A DNA stretch of 64,000 bases from an uncultured Prevotellaceae bacterium (GCA_947302275.1 CAMYUW010000010.1:8661-72660); one strand, 5' to 3'; positions 9,615-20,153 are shown, counted from the first letter of the stretch. The notes: a model not told the origin generated them from the letters alone. Numbers and translations: made by a program.

Positions 9615-10433
9615 TTACTCTTGATAATCAATCTCGTTAATCGTCATCTTCAGACGAGTCAGCCGCGTAAGCAACCCCTCAAGCAGGTCAAGCTTGAGCA
9701 TGTTGGCGCCATCGCTCTTAGCCACAGCCGGATTCTGATGGGTTTCCAGAAATATACCATCTGCACCCGATGCAATAGCAGCACGAGCCATGGTCTCAAT
9801 GAGTTCTGGACGGCCGCCAGTCACGCCTCCACCTTGATTGGGCTGTTGTAAGGAGTGGGTAATATCCACAATGACAGGTGCATAGGCCTGCATTACGGGA
9901 ACGCCACGGAAATCGACCACCAAATCCTGATAACCGAAAGTGGTACCACGCTCGGTGATGGCCACATCGTCATTGCCAGCATCGCGGACCTTCTGAACGG
10001 CAAAACGCATGGACTCGGGTGCAAGGAATTGCCCCTTCTTGATGTTGATCATGCGACCTGTGTGCGCGGCAGCAACAAGCAACTCGGTCTGACGGCAAAG
10101 GAATGCGGGAATCTGCAACACATCGACATACTCGGCTGCGATATCAGCCTCCACAGGCTCATGAATGTCGGTCACTACAGGAATATTAAAAGTCTCACCG
10201 ACTTTGCGCAAAATGCGCAATGCTTTTTCGTCACCGATGCCGGTAAACGAATCGATGCGTGAGCGGTTGGCCTTGCGGTAACTACCCTTAAACACATAAG
10301 GAATATTCAGCGCTTGGGTAATCTTGAGCGCCTTTTCAGCTATATCCATCGCCATCTCCTCGCCCTCGATCACGCAGGGACCGGCCAGCAGGAAAAAGTT
10401 GTGTTTCGGCGATGCCATTAATTCTTTCAACAT
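9615..10433 (-). CDS. kdsA: 3-deoxy-8-phosphooctulonate (Kdo-8-P) synthase
   Basis: AGPCVIE, KANRS, QIPAFLCRQT, NIKKGQF and ERG motifs. Confidence 0.97.
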   Translation of the reverse strand: MLKELMASPKHNFFLLAGPCVIEGEEMAMDIAEKALKITQALNIPYVFKGSYRKANRSRIDSFTGIGDEKALRILRKVGETFNIPVVTDIHEPVEADIAAEYVDVLQIPAFLCRQTELLVAAAHTGRMINIKKGQFLAPESMRFAVQKVRDAGNDDVAITERGTTFGYQDLVVDFRGVPVMQAYAPVIVDITHSLQQPNQGGGVTGGRPELIETMARAAIASGADGIFLETHQNPAVAKSDGANMLKLDLLEGLLTRLTRLKMTINEIDYQE

Positions 10434-10455
10434 ATCTTTTCTTATTTAGTAGTTC

Positions 10456-11178
10456 TTATCTGTTAATAGTCATATCCAACGCATGTACGGCGGCTACCGT
10501 CATCATGCCTGCAGTCTCGGTGCGAAGACGGCTCTCGCCCAAAGTGACAGGAACAAATCCCGCATCTCGGGCCGACCGCACCTCTTCGGGGCTAAAATCA
10601 CCCTCGGGACCGATGAGAATCATCACATCCTGCCCTGGCCTGTAAACTCCGGCAATCGTGCTGCGCTCGTCCCGCGGCAGCATTTCGTCACAATAGGCAA
10701 TGCAACGAATGCCGTTAAATGGTTCTGCAAGCACTTGCTCAACAGGAGTCATCTCGTCTAGGCGAGGGAGAGTGGCCTTGAGTGATTGCTTCATGGCAGA
10801 GACCATGATTTTTTTCAGCCGCTCTGTTTTGAGTACGGTTCGTTCGCTGTTGTGGCAACGCAACGGGATGATGCGGTCAATGCCCATCTCTACACATTTT
10901 TCAACCAGCCACTCCATGCGATCCATGTTTTTGGTTGGAGCGATACCCAAGACAATCTGATGTCCCCAGTGCGGCAGGCGTTCAACACTCTTTTCCACCT
11001 CGACGGCGCACCGTTTGGGGTGCGCCATCGTAATGCGGCAAGTGTATAGGTTACCATTTCCGTCCACCACCTCGATGGTGTCGCCCTCGCCCATACGCAA
11101 CACCTTGACGCAGTGTTTGGAGTCCTCCTCACCCAACGTCAAAGTGTCGGCTATGTCAGGGCAATAGAAACGGTGCAT
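10456..11178 (-). CDS. rsmE: 16S rRNA m3U1498 methyltransferase
   Basis: HCVKVLR, IGPEGDFS and LGESRLRTETA SPOUT motifs. Confidence 0.96.
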   Translation of the reverse strand: MHRFYCPDIADTLTLGEEDSKHCVKVLRMGEGDTIEVVDGNGNLYTCRITMAHPKRCAVEVEKSVERLPHWGHQIVLGIAPTKNMDRMEWLVEKCVEMGIDRIIPLRCHNSERTVLKTERLKKIMVSAMKQSLKATLPRLDEMTPVEQVLAEPFNGIRCIAYCDEMLPRDERSTIAGVYRPGQDVMILIGPEGDFSPEEVRSARDAGFVPVTLGESRLRTETAGMMTVAAVHALDMTINR

Positions 11179-11181
11179 ATC

Positions 11182-12501
11182 TTACTTCTGACGTTCGTGC
11201 TTGTACTTGAACAGGAACATAAACGACACGGCAACCACCAGGGCAAATGTAGCGAAAATGAACCATGCGGTGCTCCAGCTCGTCGGCGTGTTACCCACGA
11301 GGAAGCCGTCCTCAGTCCAGTGGCACAGGCTATTGACAATGGCACCAGCGGCAAGCGTGCCGATGGTTGCGCCCAAACCGTTGGTCATCAACATGAATAA
11401 GCCCTGGGCTGATGCTTTGACATCGGGAGCACATTCCTTATCGACAAAGATACCGCCCGAAACGTTGAAGAAGTCAAAGGCAACGCCGTAAACCAAGCAC
11501 GACATGACAATCAGGATGATTCCGGGCCAAGCAGGATTGCCGGCACCGAAGAAGCCAAACCTCAATACCCATGCGAACATGGCGATCAACATCACGACCT
11601 TGATGCCATAGCGTTTCAGGAAGAATGGAATCAAGAGGATACACAATGCCTCAGCAATCTGGGAGAGTGACACGAGCATCGTAGCATTGTTTGCGCCAAA
11701 GGTGTCGGCCATCGCGGGATCACTCTTGAAATGAGTCAGGTAAGGGGTAGCGAAACCATTTGTCACCTGCAGCGACATTCCCAGCATAGCCGAGAAGATG
11801 AAGAACATCGCCATCTTCTTGGTCTTGAACAGCTTGAAAGCGCTCAAGCCCAACTGTTCCGAAAGCGACTGCGATTCCTTCTTCACCAACTTGCACTGAG
11901 GCAAGGACATACAGTACAGGAACAAAACAACACTCAACAGACCCGACACCACAAACTGCATGTAAGTGTACTGGAACTTGTTGGCATTTTCACCCAAGGT
12001 AAAGCCGAAACTGCCTCCATCGAGCACGGCGCAGTTCACAAACCACATTGTAGCGATAAAACCGATGGTGCCGAACACACGGATGGGCGGGAAATCCTTT
12101 TCGGTGTCCATATTGTTGTCCTTGAGGATAGTGAAGGCCACCGTGTTGGACAAGGCCAGTGTGGGCATGTAGAAAGCGACACTCAACGTGTAGATAGTAA
12201 TGAAGGCCATCTTGTCAGGCATGGGGTTGGTCATACCCATGTAAGCCAGAGCTATCATCGCCATACCGGCAATCAGATGACAGATACCCAACAGGCGCTG
12301 GGGCTGGATATACTTGTCGGCGACAATACCCATCAGTGTGGGCATGAAGATCGACACAATGCCCTGAATGGCATAGAACCAAGAAATCTCGGCACCCATG
12401 CCGGCACGTCCCAGATAGTTACCCATGCAGGTCAAATAAGCGCCCCACACGGCAAACTCCAGGAAATTCATCACAATGAGTCTCAACTTTAGATTTTTCA
12501 T
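11182..12501 (-). CDS. MFS nucleoside permease (NupG/XapB family)
   Basis: MNFLEFAVWGAY, FPPIRVFGTIGF and SAQGLF motifs; about 12 TM segments. Confidence 0.9.
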   Translation of the reverse strand: MKNLKLRLIVMNFLEFAVWGAYLTCMGNYLGRAGMGAEISWFYAIQGIVSIFMPTLMGIVADKYIQPQRLLGICHLIAGMAMIALAYMGMTNPMPDKMAFITIYTLSVAFYMPTLALSNTVAFTILKDNNMDTEKDFPPIRVFGTIGFIATMWFVNCAVLDGGSFGFTLGENANKFQYTYMQFVVSGLLSVVLFLYCMSLPQCKLVKKESQSLSEQLGLSAFKLFKTKKMAMFFIFSAMLGMSLQVTNGFATPYLTHFKSDPAMADTFGANNATMLVSLSQIAEALCILLIPFFLKRYGIKVVMLIAMFAWVLRFGFFGAGNPAWPGIILIVMSCLVYGVAFDFFNVSGGIFVDKECAPDVKASAQGLFMLMTNGLGATIGTLAAGAIVNSLCHWTEDGFLVGNTPTSWSTAWFIFATFALVVAVSFMFLFKYKHERQK

Positions 12502-12540
12502 AAGAACCTAATATTTTAAATTACGATTTATTTCAACTGG

Positions 12541-12548
12541 CAAAGGTA
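12541..12548 (-). promoter_or_regulatory. -7 promoter element for the permease-rsmE-kdsA genes
   Basis: TACCTTTG about 40 nt upstream of the ATG at 12501. Confidence 0.55.
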
Positions 12549-12563
12549 ATAAAAAACCATCAC

Positions 12564-13160
12564 TTACTCCCCACCTTGGGCAGGATTAGTTTTTTGAGCG
12601 ATGATTTTCTGGACGCGAGCAGCTTTCTCGTACTCCTCCTTGGCGATATAACGCTGCATGCGCTGTTCCAGTTTCTCGACGGGTAAGTCTTCAAGGCGCA
12701 CGCGGCGCTGAGGCTTGTAATCGCCATCGCGGCGCCACTCATAACTCGTGAGTTTCATCACTTCGGGCGTCGTGTAGATGGGCGCAGACGAACGCAATGC
12801 AATGGCAATGGCATCGCTGGTCCTTGAGTCAATGTCAACAGTCACCGTGCCATTGGATAAATGCAGGAAAGAGGCAAACACGCCATCCTTAAAACTATAG
12901 ATGGTCACCCCCTTCAACTCGATGCCATACACATGGAACATCGACACAAACAAGTCATGAGTCAATGGTCTGGAGGGCATTATCTGTTCCAGATTCACGG
13001 CAATAGACTGTGCCTCGGCTGCGCCGACGACTATCGGAATCCGACGGGCCTCGTCTTGGGTACTGTCGGCATTTTCCAGCAACAGGGCATAAGCTCCTGG
13101 CTGCACCTCACTGCGCGTGATGCCCAAGACCTTGAGTTCTATTAAATTCTCTTTATCCAT
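12564..13160 (-). CDS. Bifunctional nuclease family (DUF151) protein with a C-terminal UVR domain
   Basis: IPIVVGAAEAQSI, RPLTHDL, DSRTSDAIAIALR motifs; EEYEKAARV UVR motif. Confidence 0.92.
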   Translation of the reverse strand: MDKENLIELKVLGITRSEVQPGAYALLLENADSTQDEARRIPIVVGAAEAQSIAVNLEQIMPSRPLTHDLFVSMFHVYGIELKGVTIYSFKDGVFASFLHLSNGTVTVDIDSRTSDAIAIALRSSAPIYTTPEVMKLTSYEWRRDGDYKPQRRVRLEDLPVEKLEQRMQRYIAKEEYEKAARVQKIIAQKTNPAQGGE

Positions 13161-13230
13161 GTAGCATTACATTTTCCATCTGATGGGATGATTCTACTGA
13201 CGGCATCATAGCCATCTAAAAATCCGTGTG

Positions 13231-13262
13231 CAAAAATAACCACATTTCACCACTATACCAAA
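13231..13262 (-). promoter_or_regulatory. Complete Bacteroidetes primary-sigma promoter
   Basis: TTTG (13259-13262), 20-nt spacer, TATTTTTG (13231-13238). Confidence 0.7.
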
Positions 13263-13338
13263 TAAAGCCGAGACAAAATCAAGGCCATTCCATCGGTTAT
13301 CTAAATCCATGATGTCATGATTTGTTCAGCACGAGAGG

Positions 13339-15126
13339 CTATTGGCCCATAAAGGTATCATAATCAATACCGTCATACATGAGCCGCGGGGCTGGCTTAA
13401 AAGCCGGATGCAGAACATTGCGGGTGCTGTCAGTCCACTGGCTGCGCACTTCGCCCAGCCATAGCATCATCTGGCCGACGATATCATTCATGAATGGGCG
13501 GTCGGCGGCTGCCTTGATAGCAGCAACACGTTGAGGGCAACGTGACTGATATACAGGCGAGTACCAAATCCAAAAAGGTATTTCGTTCTCGCACTCCACC
13601 ATCTTGACGGTCTTGTGCGGATTGTGATCACGCTCGATGAAATCGCGGTAATCATAAACCTCCTCGCCATGATCACTGAGCATCACCACGACAGCGTTGC
13701 GGTCCCTATAGCGGTCAATAATCCTCGAAAGCACATAGTCGTTATAACGCGTTGCGCGGTCAAAATCCAAGATAACCTGACGGCGTGAGTCATCCAGAAA
13801 TGCGGACTTGTTGGGAACATCAGCTACATTCCACACCGCCCATTGGGGATTGTGGGGATAGCGGGAGTTATAACTCGTATGCTGCCCCATCAGGTGGAAA
13901 ATCACCAGATTGCGCTTAGCAGGGGTTACTTTTTTGAAGAAGTCTTCCACCAGTTCCTCGTCAAACGTGAAAACCCGTTCATTGACGGCATGATAGACTT
14001 CGTCTTGCATCTGCTGTGCAAACAGATACGAATTAAGCGACAGGCCAAAGACATTGTTTGCCATATAATTGCGCTGGTTGTCCCAGAAGTCAACTTGCCA
14101 ACCCGCATGTTTCATCACAGCCATCCATGCAGGGTACTCATGCCATTGTTCACCTGCACCCACACTGTTGACACTCAACAGGTTCTTGAGCACAACACTG
14201 GTAAGATTAAAAGGAGATATGACGTCGCTAAACACGACTAGCGAACCGGCGTCACGCTCTGCGCGCATTAGGGGGGAGGTCTCAAGCGGATAACCATACA
14301 AGCTGGAATGCCGCTTGTTATAACTCTCGCCTATCACTAGAACGAGATCCATCGAGTCAATATCACACGTGGCAGTACCAGCTTGAGCCTCATGCACAGC
14401 GAGTTTAATGGCGGCAGCCGTCTCATGCCGTTGAAGTTTGAGTGTCATGAGCGACATGTGGACGCTGGAAATGACATCGTCGGTATAGAATCGCTCTTGC
14501 GCCAACTCCAAGTCATAAAGCGAGTGGTAACGGCACAGGAACTTCTGGCACAGCCACAGCCCTCGCCCCAACATGGCAACAAGCAATAACGAAACGATCA
14601 ACATTGGAACCGCATGTGACAAGTAACGCTGGACAACCTTTCGCCATCTTTCGGCAACAAGGACCAGCACTAATACCAAAGCTAAGAGAATGAGCGCCCG
14701 ACGCGTACCGGGCATACCTATCCACGTCCTCAAGAACTCGACACTTTCGCCATGGTTAGTTTCCATGATTAGCTGCAATACCTGAGGCGTATAAAAGGTA
14801 CTGAAATTCTTCATCAGGAAGAAACTCACCAGCCACAGCAGCAGTACAATAGTGTAAACCAAACATTTAGGCCATGCGCGATGCTTCATGAGCGAAACAA
14901 GCCAAACAATTATTGTGGCCAAAACCGCCGAGACACACATCCCGTTAAACAAGTTCTCCAGCAAGACGAAACCAAAGTCACCGACAATCCTGACATGATA
15001 CCAAAGGCTAGCCAGCGCCTGCGGGGAGAATGTAATCACGATTGTCAGCCACAATGGCCATTGCTCCAGCACGGGCGTAAAAACCGCTCTAATGGCTTTA
15101 ATTATTTTTTCACGCTTGTTCATCAA
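13339..15126 (-). CDS. Phosphoethanolamine transferase (EptA/CptA-like)
   Basis: N-terminal TM helices; sulfatase-fold motifs VIGES, HLMGQH and SDHGEE. Confidence 0.88.
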   Translation of the reverse strand: MMNKREKIIKAIRAVFTPVLEQWPLWLTIVITFSPQALASLWYHVRIVGDFGFVLLENLFNGMCVSAVLATIIVWLVSLMKHRAWPKCLVYTIVLLLWLVSFFLMKNFSTFYTPQVLQLIMETNHGESVEFLRTWIGMPGTRRALILLALVLVLVLVAERWRKVVQRYLSHAVPMLIVSLLLVAMLGRGLWLCQKFLCRYHSLYDLELAQERFYTDDVISSVHMSLMTLKLQRHETAAAIKLAVHEAQAGTATCDIDSMDLVLVIGESYNKRHSSLYGYPLETSPLMRAERDAGSLVVFSDVISPFNLTSVVLKNLLSVNSVGAGEQWHEYPAWMAVMKHAGWQVDFWDNQRNYMANNVFGLSLNSYLFAQQMQDEVYHAVNERVFTFDEELVEDFFKKVTPAKRNLVIFHLMGQHTSYNSRYPHNPQWAVWNVADVPNKSAFLDDSRRQVILDFDRATRYNDYVLSRIIDRYRDRNAVVVMLSDHGEEVYDYRDFIERDHNPHKTVKMVECENEIPFWIWYSPVYQSRCPQRVAAIKAAADRPFMNDIVGQMMLWLGEVRSQWTDSTRNVLHPAFKPAPRLMYDGIDYDTFMGQ

Positions 15127-15182
15127 CGCTCACCTCAGATGCCTGGTCAAATTGGGCGCTTCTTGCACAGACAACCCGTCAA

Positions 15183-16247
15183 TCAATTGGTGATGATGCC
15201 ACTTCCATAGCACAAATGGCCACGCTGGTCATAAATGACAGCGAACTGGCCCGGGGCTATGCCCTGAACATCCTCCTCACTCTCAATGACCCACTGGAGA
15301 TCACCGATACGGGTGAATTTACCACGCATGATATGGGGAGTGTGACGGTTCTTGAACATGATGTCCACCGGACCATCCACCCCCTCCCAGGGATTACCCG
15401 AAATGAAGTGCATCTCATCAAGGCGGAGTGTGCGGCCATATTGTTTGGGGGTTCCATAGCCATTCGAGACGTAGATCACGTTTTCATCGATGTTCTTGCG
15501 AACAACATACCATGGTCCACCACTCAGGCCCAGCCCCTTACGTTGACCGATGGTGTGGAACCAGTAGCCACGATGCTCACCCAACTTGCGTCCGGTCTCC
15601 AACTCGATGATAGGGCCAGGGCGCTCACCCAAGTGACGGCGGATGAAATCATTATAATCTATCTGGCCAAGGAAGCAGATGCCTTGACTATCGCGACGGT
15701 GAGCATTGGGCAGATGAACGGCCTCGGCGATGCGGCGCACGTCCTCTTTGGGCATATTACCGATAGGAAATATGACATGTTTCAGCTGGTCATAGGTAAT
15801 CTGGGCAAGAAAGTCGGTCTGATCCTTAACGGGATCAACTGCAGTGGCCAAATACTTCACGCCATCAATCACTTCGGTAGTGGCATAGTGGCCGGTGGCT
15901 GTCTGGTCAAAGTCCCTGCCCCATCGCTCCTCAAAGAAACCGAACTTGATCATGCGGTTGCACATCATGTCTGGATTGGGGGTTAGACCGGCCTTAACGG
16001 TTCTCAGTGCATATTCCATAACGTGGTCCCAGTACTCCTCATGCAGTGACACCACATCAAGGGGGAGGCCATAACGGTGGGCGATAAGGGTACACATTTC
16101 GATATCCTCTTCTGCACTGCAATCGCCCTCGTCATTGTCCATGCCGATGCGGATGTAAAACAAATGCAAATCCTCTCCTTGCTCTTTGAGCTTGTGGACC
16201 ACTACAGCGCTGTCAACGCCTCCCGATATTAATACGGCTGTTTTCAT
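15183..16247 (-). CDS. mnmA: tRNA 2-thiouridylase
   Basis: SGGVDS, PNPDMMCN, ATGHYA, KDQTDFL, DSQGICF and GQRKGL motifs. Confidence 0.97.
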   Translation of the reverse strand: MKTAVLISGGVDSAVVVHKLKEQGEDLHLFYIRIGMDNDEGDCSAEEDIEMCTLIAHRYGLPLDVVSLHEEYWDHVMEYALRTVKAGLTPNPDMMCNRMIKFGFFEERWGRDFDQTATGHYATTEVIDGVKYLATAVDPVKDQTDFLAQITYDQLKHVIFPIGNMPKEDVRRIAEAVHLPNAHRRDSQGICFLGQIDYNDFIRRHLGERPGPIIELETGRKLGEHRGYWFHTIGQRKGLGLSGGPWYVVRKNIDENVIYVSNGYGTPKQYGRTLRLDEMHFISGNPWEGVDGPVDIMFKNRHTPHIMRGKFTRIGDLQWVIESEEDVQGIAPGQFAVIYDQRGHLCYGSGIITN

Positions 16248-16292
16248 TCAGTAATCTGAATCTTGATTTTCAACTAACTCGCACTCAACACC

Positions 16293-16778
16293 TCACGCGT
16301 TGTCCAGCACCACCTCATCGTTAACACTCTCGGTGAAATGGGCGGCTATGATATAATCCAGCGATATCTTGCCTGGGCCCGACAGCAGTATGAATATAAA
16401 TATCCCGATAAACATCAGGGGATAGCCTGGCTGGAAGTTGAACAGTGGGTTCGGATCGGTTGCGGGTGATGACATGAAGATGTTCTCGGCAATAAGCATC
16501 AACACCAGCGGGAACAGCACAGCAAAACGGGTGAGAAAGCCCAGCATGATACATACCGCACACAACAGCTCAATGACAATCAGGGTTATCATCGAGACTT
16601 CGGGCGAGAGACCCAAAAAGCCGTCAAATGAGGTCAAAACTGAATCAAAGTTACGCATCTGACGTATGCACAGTTGCAGGAACATGATTCCTGTGAACAG
16701 ACGCAGGAACAGACGCGACAAGTTACTGTAAGTATGGCCCGCGCTATAAAGAAAGAGGTTTTTGAAAAATCCTGTCAT
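16293..16778 (-). CDS. DoxX family membrane protein
   Basis: LFLRLFTG, GFLTR and GPGKISLD motifs. Confidence 0.88.
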   Translation of the reverse strand: MTGFFKNLFLYSAGHTYSNLSRLFLRLFTGIMFLQLCIRQMRNFDSVLTSFDGFLGLSPEVSMITLIVIELLCAVCIMLGFLTRFAVLFPLVLMLIAENIFMSSPATDPNPLFNFQPGYPLMFIGIFIFILLSGPGKISLDYIIAAHFTESVNDEVVLDNA

Positions 16779-16789
16779 GACCAGATATA

Positions 16790-17695
16790 TTAATAGTTTG
16801 GATTCACTGCAGACATTAGGCCCTCGACCGAGAGCGCCTTGTTAACAATCGTGCGATTCTCATCCAGAACGTAGCAACATGGGAACACACGCAGATCCAG
16901 AGAACTTGCAAGATCCTCGCCACAGCCCATCGTCCAATTATCGGCATAGGTTGAAGCCGCATTTGCCCAGTCTGTACTGAACTTGTTAGTACTCAAACAG
17001 ACAAGCGTAGCGCCGCCCGCATTAATCAAAGCATTGAGCGCAACATCAGTGCTCAAACGCAAGCGGCCGATTTTGCTGTCGGTCGAGTCATCGACAAACA
17101 GAAGAATGAAAGACTTCGCATCAGTAATATCGCTCAAGCGATGCTTTAATCCGTCTACGCCAACATACTCAAAATCAAGCGCAGCGCCTATCTGGACAGC
17201 ATTGATGCGCGCTAACTGGGACGCATAGTGGTCACGCAATTGGCGGGGCAACTGTTTGGAAGCAGCAAGTTGCTTGGCAAAAGCTACATAAACCTCATCA
17301 CTCCAGAACTCGGCATCGGTACCATATAGGGCACGCTCAGCAACTTCACCCAATTTCTGAAGGTTTGAAGCGTTGGATTGGGCCTTATTAACCAGATCAC
17401 GGACGACGCCCAGAACGATATTGCGATGAGAATAACGGAAAAAATCCACAAAATCCCGGAAAGTCGTTTCAAATGCGGCATCATCGGTAATAGGTTTACT
17501 GAAGTCGTAATTTTCCCAAAAGTGAGTAATGATGTAGTTACAACGGCTCTCAAGATTAGAGCAGGTATCAGGAGCCATGGGATAAGCAAACAAGGTGCCT
17601 GGTTGTTGCTCAGCCAACTGCACTTGTGCATTCAGAGCCGCACACGACATCGCCAATAAGGTGAATAACAGCAAAATATGTTTCATATCCATCAT
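16790..17695 (-). CDS. Secreted DUF5106-like protein with a degenerate thioredoxin-like C-terminal domain
   Basis: Signal peptide, HFWENYDF motif, C-terminal DLRVFPCCYVLD. Confidence 0.7.
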   Translation of the reverse strand: MMDMKHILLLFTLLAMSCAALNAQVQLAEQQPGTLFAYPMAPDTCSNLESRCNYIITHFWENYDFSKPITDDAAFETTFRDFVDFFRYSHRNIVLGVVRDLVNKAQSNASNLQKLGEVAERALYGTDAEFWSDEVYVAFAKQLAASKQLPRQLRDHYASQLARINAVQIGAALDFEYVGVDGLKHRLSDITDAKSFILLFVDDSTDSKIGRLRLSTDVALNALINAGGATLVCLSTNKFSTDWANAASTYADNWTMGCGEDLASSLDLRVFPCCYVLDENRTIVNKALSVEGLMSAVNPNY

Positions 17696-17817
17696 TTGCG
17701 GGCATTGCTGCCCCGTTAATTAAGTTGCTAAATTACTATAAAACGCCCAATCGCCATCATTCCCGCACGCAAAAAACGTTCCCGACAACATTTTTTCACA
17801 CAAGGTGCCCCAGTTGC

Positions 17818-17928
17818 AAAAGAAAAAAGGCAAGAGAGCCCCTCGTGGCGCTATCCAGCCTTCATTCGTTCAATCAGTGTTCAAGTTTCAGTAATAGTCA
17901 GATGAGGGTAGATTAGTTTATCATTTGT
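17818..17928 (-). ncRNA. Candidate ~110-nt small RNA
   Basis: TATCTTTG at 17934-17941, no ORF, imperfect hairpin at 17827-17862 followed by a U-rich tract. Confidence 0.45.
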
Positions 17929-17999
17929 TGACGCAAAGATAGATCGCCCATCTGTAACAAAATTATGAAAAACAACAACTCTAATTTGGATAATTTGTC

Positions 18000-18034
18000 A
18001 TTTTTTACCCCAAATTTATAATTTTTTACCCCAA
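18000..18034. promoter_or_regulatory. 14-bp direct repeat with 21-bp period (candidate transcription-factor site)
   Basis: ATTTTTTACCCCAA at 18000-18013 and 18021-18034. Confidence 0.55.
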
Positions 18035-18143
18035 GCAACACTCCAGCCCTCTAATAACCAAACAATTATCATCGCAAGCCATCACCCAGCACACCCCCAA
18101 AAAGGATCCCGCATCCGATTACAACAACACACAACCCCAACAC

Positions 18144-18176
18144 AAAAAAAAGAGCCAGCCCATCACAAGCCAGCTC
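18144..18176 (-). terminator. Intrinsic terminator at the end of the glycan cluster
   Basis: GAGCTGGCTT-GTGAT-GGGCTGGCTC followed by T8 on the minus strand. Confidence 0.7.
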
Positions 18177-18206
18177 CCGTCATATCCTTCTCATTAAGTT
18201 CAGTTT

Positions 18207-18959
18207 TTACTTCCCTTTAAGCTTCTTCTTCAACTTAAATAGTGCCAATCCAAATATCCGATGAGACATCCTAGACAGCCACAATCTTAACGGGCTCTGC
18301 TTTAACCACGTCCTAGCATACCAATGAATAGACCGTGTCCTCTCAGTAATGTTAAGACGTCCAGTAATATCATCAAACGGATTAAAATAATCAGCAGGAT
18401 AAATCCAGATTCCAGCTACCTGTTGAAAACCGTCATGCTTCTGCAATCCTTCCTTGACCAGCAAACGAGTAGTGTGTCCCACCACAGTACCTCCGATAGT
18501 GCTACCATCATCCCTCAAGAAATGCATTCCATTATAGTACTCCAATAATTGCTTATAGAATTCTGTCCCCGCAGGAGTGCCAATGCCCAAACCTGGTGCA
18601 ACCATAGGATAACCAATGAGATCCTCTGGTTTTATATCGCACATTTCCTCGATACCCATAAAAGCCCCCTTCTCAACGATGTCATCCATTGGCTTTATCA
18701 CCTCCACGTCAGTGTCAAAATACACGCCGCCATAATGATACAGCACCCAAAACCGAGCATAATCACTTACAAACGCATACTTACCCACACTGTATGCCTC
18801 AGCAGTATAAGGAATGATATTGACATCAAAGTTATCCTCATTCCATTCCTTAATTTCATAGTCCGGCATGAACTTCCGCCAGCTCTCAATACACTTCACC
18901 GCACTCTCCGGCAACGGATTCCTCCCAAACCAACAATAATGAATAACTTTAGGTATCAT
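18207..18959 (-). CDS. Glycosyltransferase family 32 (DXD)
   Basis: MIPKVIHYCWFG, SDYAR and GGVYFDTDVE motifs. Confidence 0.93.
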   Translation of the reverse strand: MIPKVIHYCWFGRNPLPESAVKCIESWRKFMPDYEIKEWNEDNFDVNIIPYTAEAYSVGKYAFVSDYARFWVLYHYGGVYFDTDVEVIKPMDDIVEKGAFMGIEEMCDIKPEDLIGYPMVAPGLGIGTPAGTEFYKQLLEYYNGMHFLRDDGSTIGGTVVGHTTRLLVKEGLQKHDGFQQVAGIWIYPADYFNPFDDITGRLNITERTRSIHWYARTWLKQSPLRLWLSRMSHRIFGLALFKLKKKLKGK

Positions 18960-18974
18960 AACAGAAAACGATTT

Positions 18975-20153
18975 TCAGTCTATAACACTATAACAAAGAT
19001 CGTCCCACATCTTTGCAACAACTTTTGAAGAAAAAAGCTTAACATGTTCGATGCCTGCAAGAGCCATTCTTTCACGCATTTCAGCATCATGCATTAATGA
19101 TAAAACAGTATCTTTATATTGCTGTTTATCTCCTTCAGTTATCAAGAAGCCAGAAACCTTATCATCTATGACATCGGTAGCAGCAGCGAAAGTATTATAA
19201 CAAACGGGAACAACTCCAAACTTTTGTGCTTCTAATAAAGTTATACCCCATCCCTCTGACCGAGAGGTCATCAAGAAAACAGAAGCTCGTTTATAGTAGT
19301 CCCATGGTTCTTGACGTCCTTCTAATGAGACATTTTTCAACTGATACTTTCTGATATAATTCTCATATTTTAACCGAGCTTCACCATCTCCCACAATCAT
19401 TAAAGACCACCCTAGCTCAACTGCAAGAGGGTTGATGTCTTTCCACATTTCGAGAGCAAGGCCAATTCTTTTTTGTACTTCATCCAATCTCGCAACAATC
19501 AACAACATTTTTTCTTTTTTAGATGGTTGATACTCGTAATCTGGGATATTGTTTGGGATGGCATTGGGTATTACAGCTATTTTCTTATCATTGTTATCAC
19601 CCACATACTTTAAGAATGAAGAAGCATATCCATTTGATAATAAAACGGTTCTATCAGATAGCCGATAACCTTGTCGAAATGACTTATAACAAATAATCAG
19701 ATGTCTTATCTTCAGAATCGGAAAACCAATTAATCTTAAAAGGTTCTTTATGGAACCATGACTTTGGTAAACAGAATAAAAACGACCAAAGTCAACAAAT
19801 TGCTTATCCCATATCGGTTCAAAATGATACACAATAAAGATTTTACATGGATATCCTTCAGTAGCTTTTCTAAAAGCCTTTACCATACTAAACGCTGTCT
19901 GAATTATTATAACATCTATCTCTTTATCCTTAAGAAAACACTTTATCTGTCCAACTAAATTACTACCTTGAAGTGAACACTCATCTTCAAAAACAGTATT
20001 TTTACTATTTCGCGGGCCTTTAAATATAGAAAACACTTTATGCCCACTAGACTTCAACAAACTGGCTGTTGTTATCGTGGCTCGCTCTACACCCCCAACT
20101 GTCGGAATTGGTTGGGAAGTTGTATAAAACAATATATTATACTTGTCTTTCAT
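18975..20153 (-). CDS. Glycosyltransferase family 4 (GT-B)
   Basis: GGVER and TSRSEGWGITLLEA (EX7E) motifs. Confidence 0.9.
   Translation of the reverse strand: MKDKYNILFYTTSQPIPTVGGVERATITTASLLKSSGHKVFSIFKGPRNSKNTVFEDECSLQGSNLVGQIKCFLKDKEIDVIIIQTAFSMVKAFRKATEGYPCKIFIVYHFEPIWDKQFVDFGRFYSVYQSHGSIKNLLRLIGFPILKIRHLIICYKSFRQGYRLSDRTVLLSNGYASSFLKYVGDNNDKKIAVIPNAIPNNIPDYEYQPSKKEKMLLIVARLDEVQKRIGLALEMWKDINPLAVELGWSLMIVGDGEARLKYENYIRKYQLKNVSLEGRQEPWDYYKRASVFLMTSRSEGWGITLLEAQKFGVVPVCYNTFAAATDVIDDKVSGFLITEGDKQQYKDTVLSLMHDAEMRERMALAGIEHVKLFSSKVVAKMWDDLCYSVID

Noticed and set aside
17725..17916. 63-aa plus-strand ORF
   Set aside because: TTG start, no motif, and it overlaps a better-supported minus-strand promoter and terminator unit.
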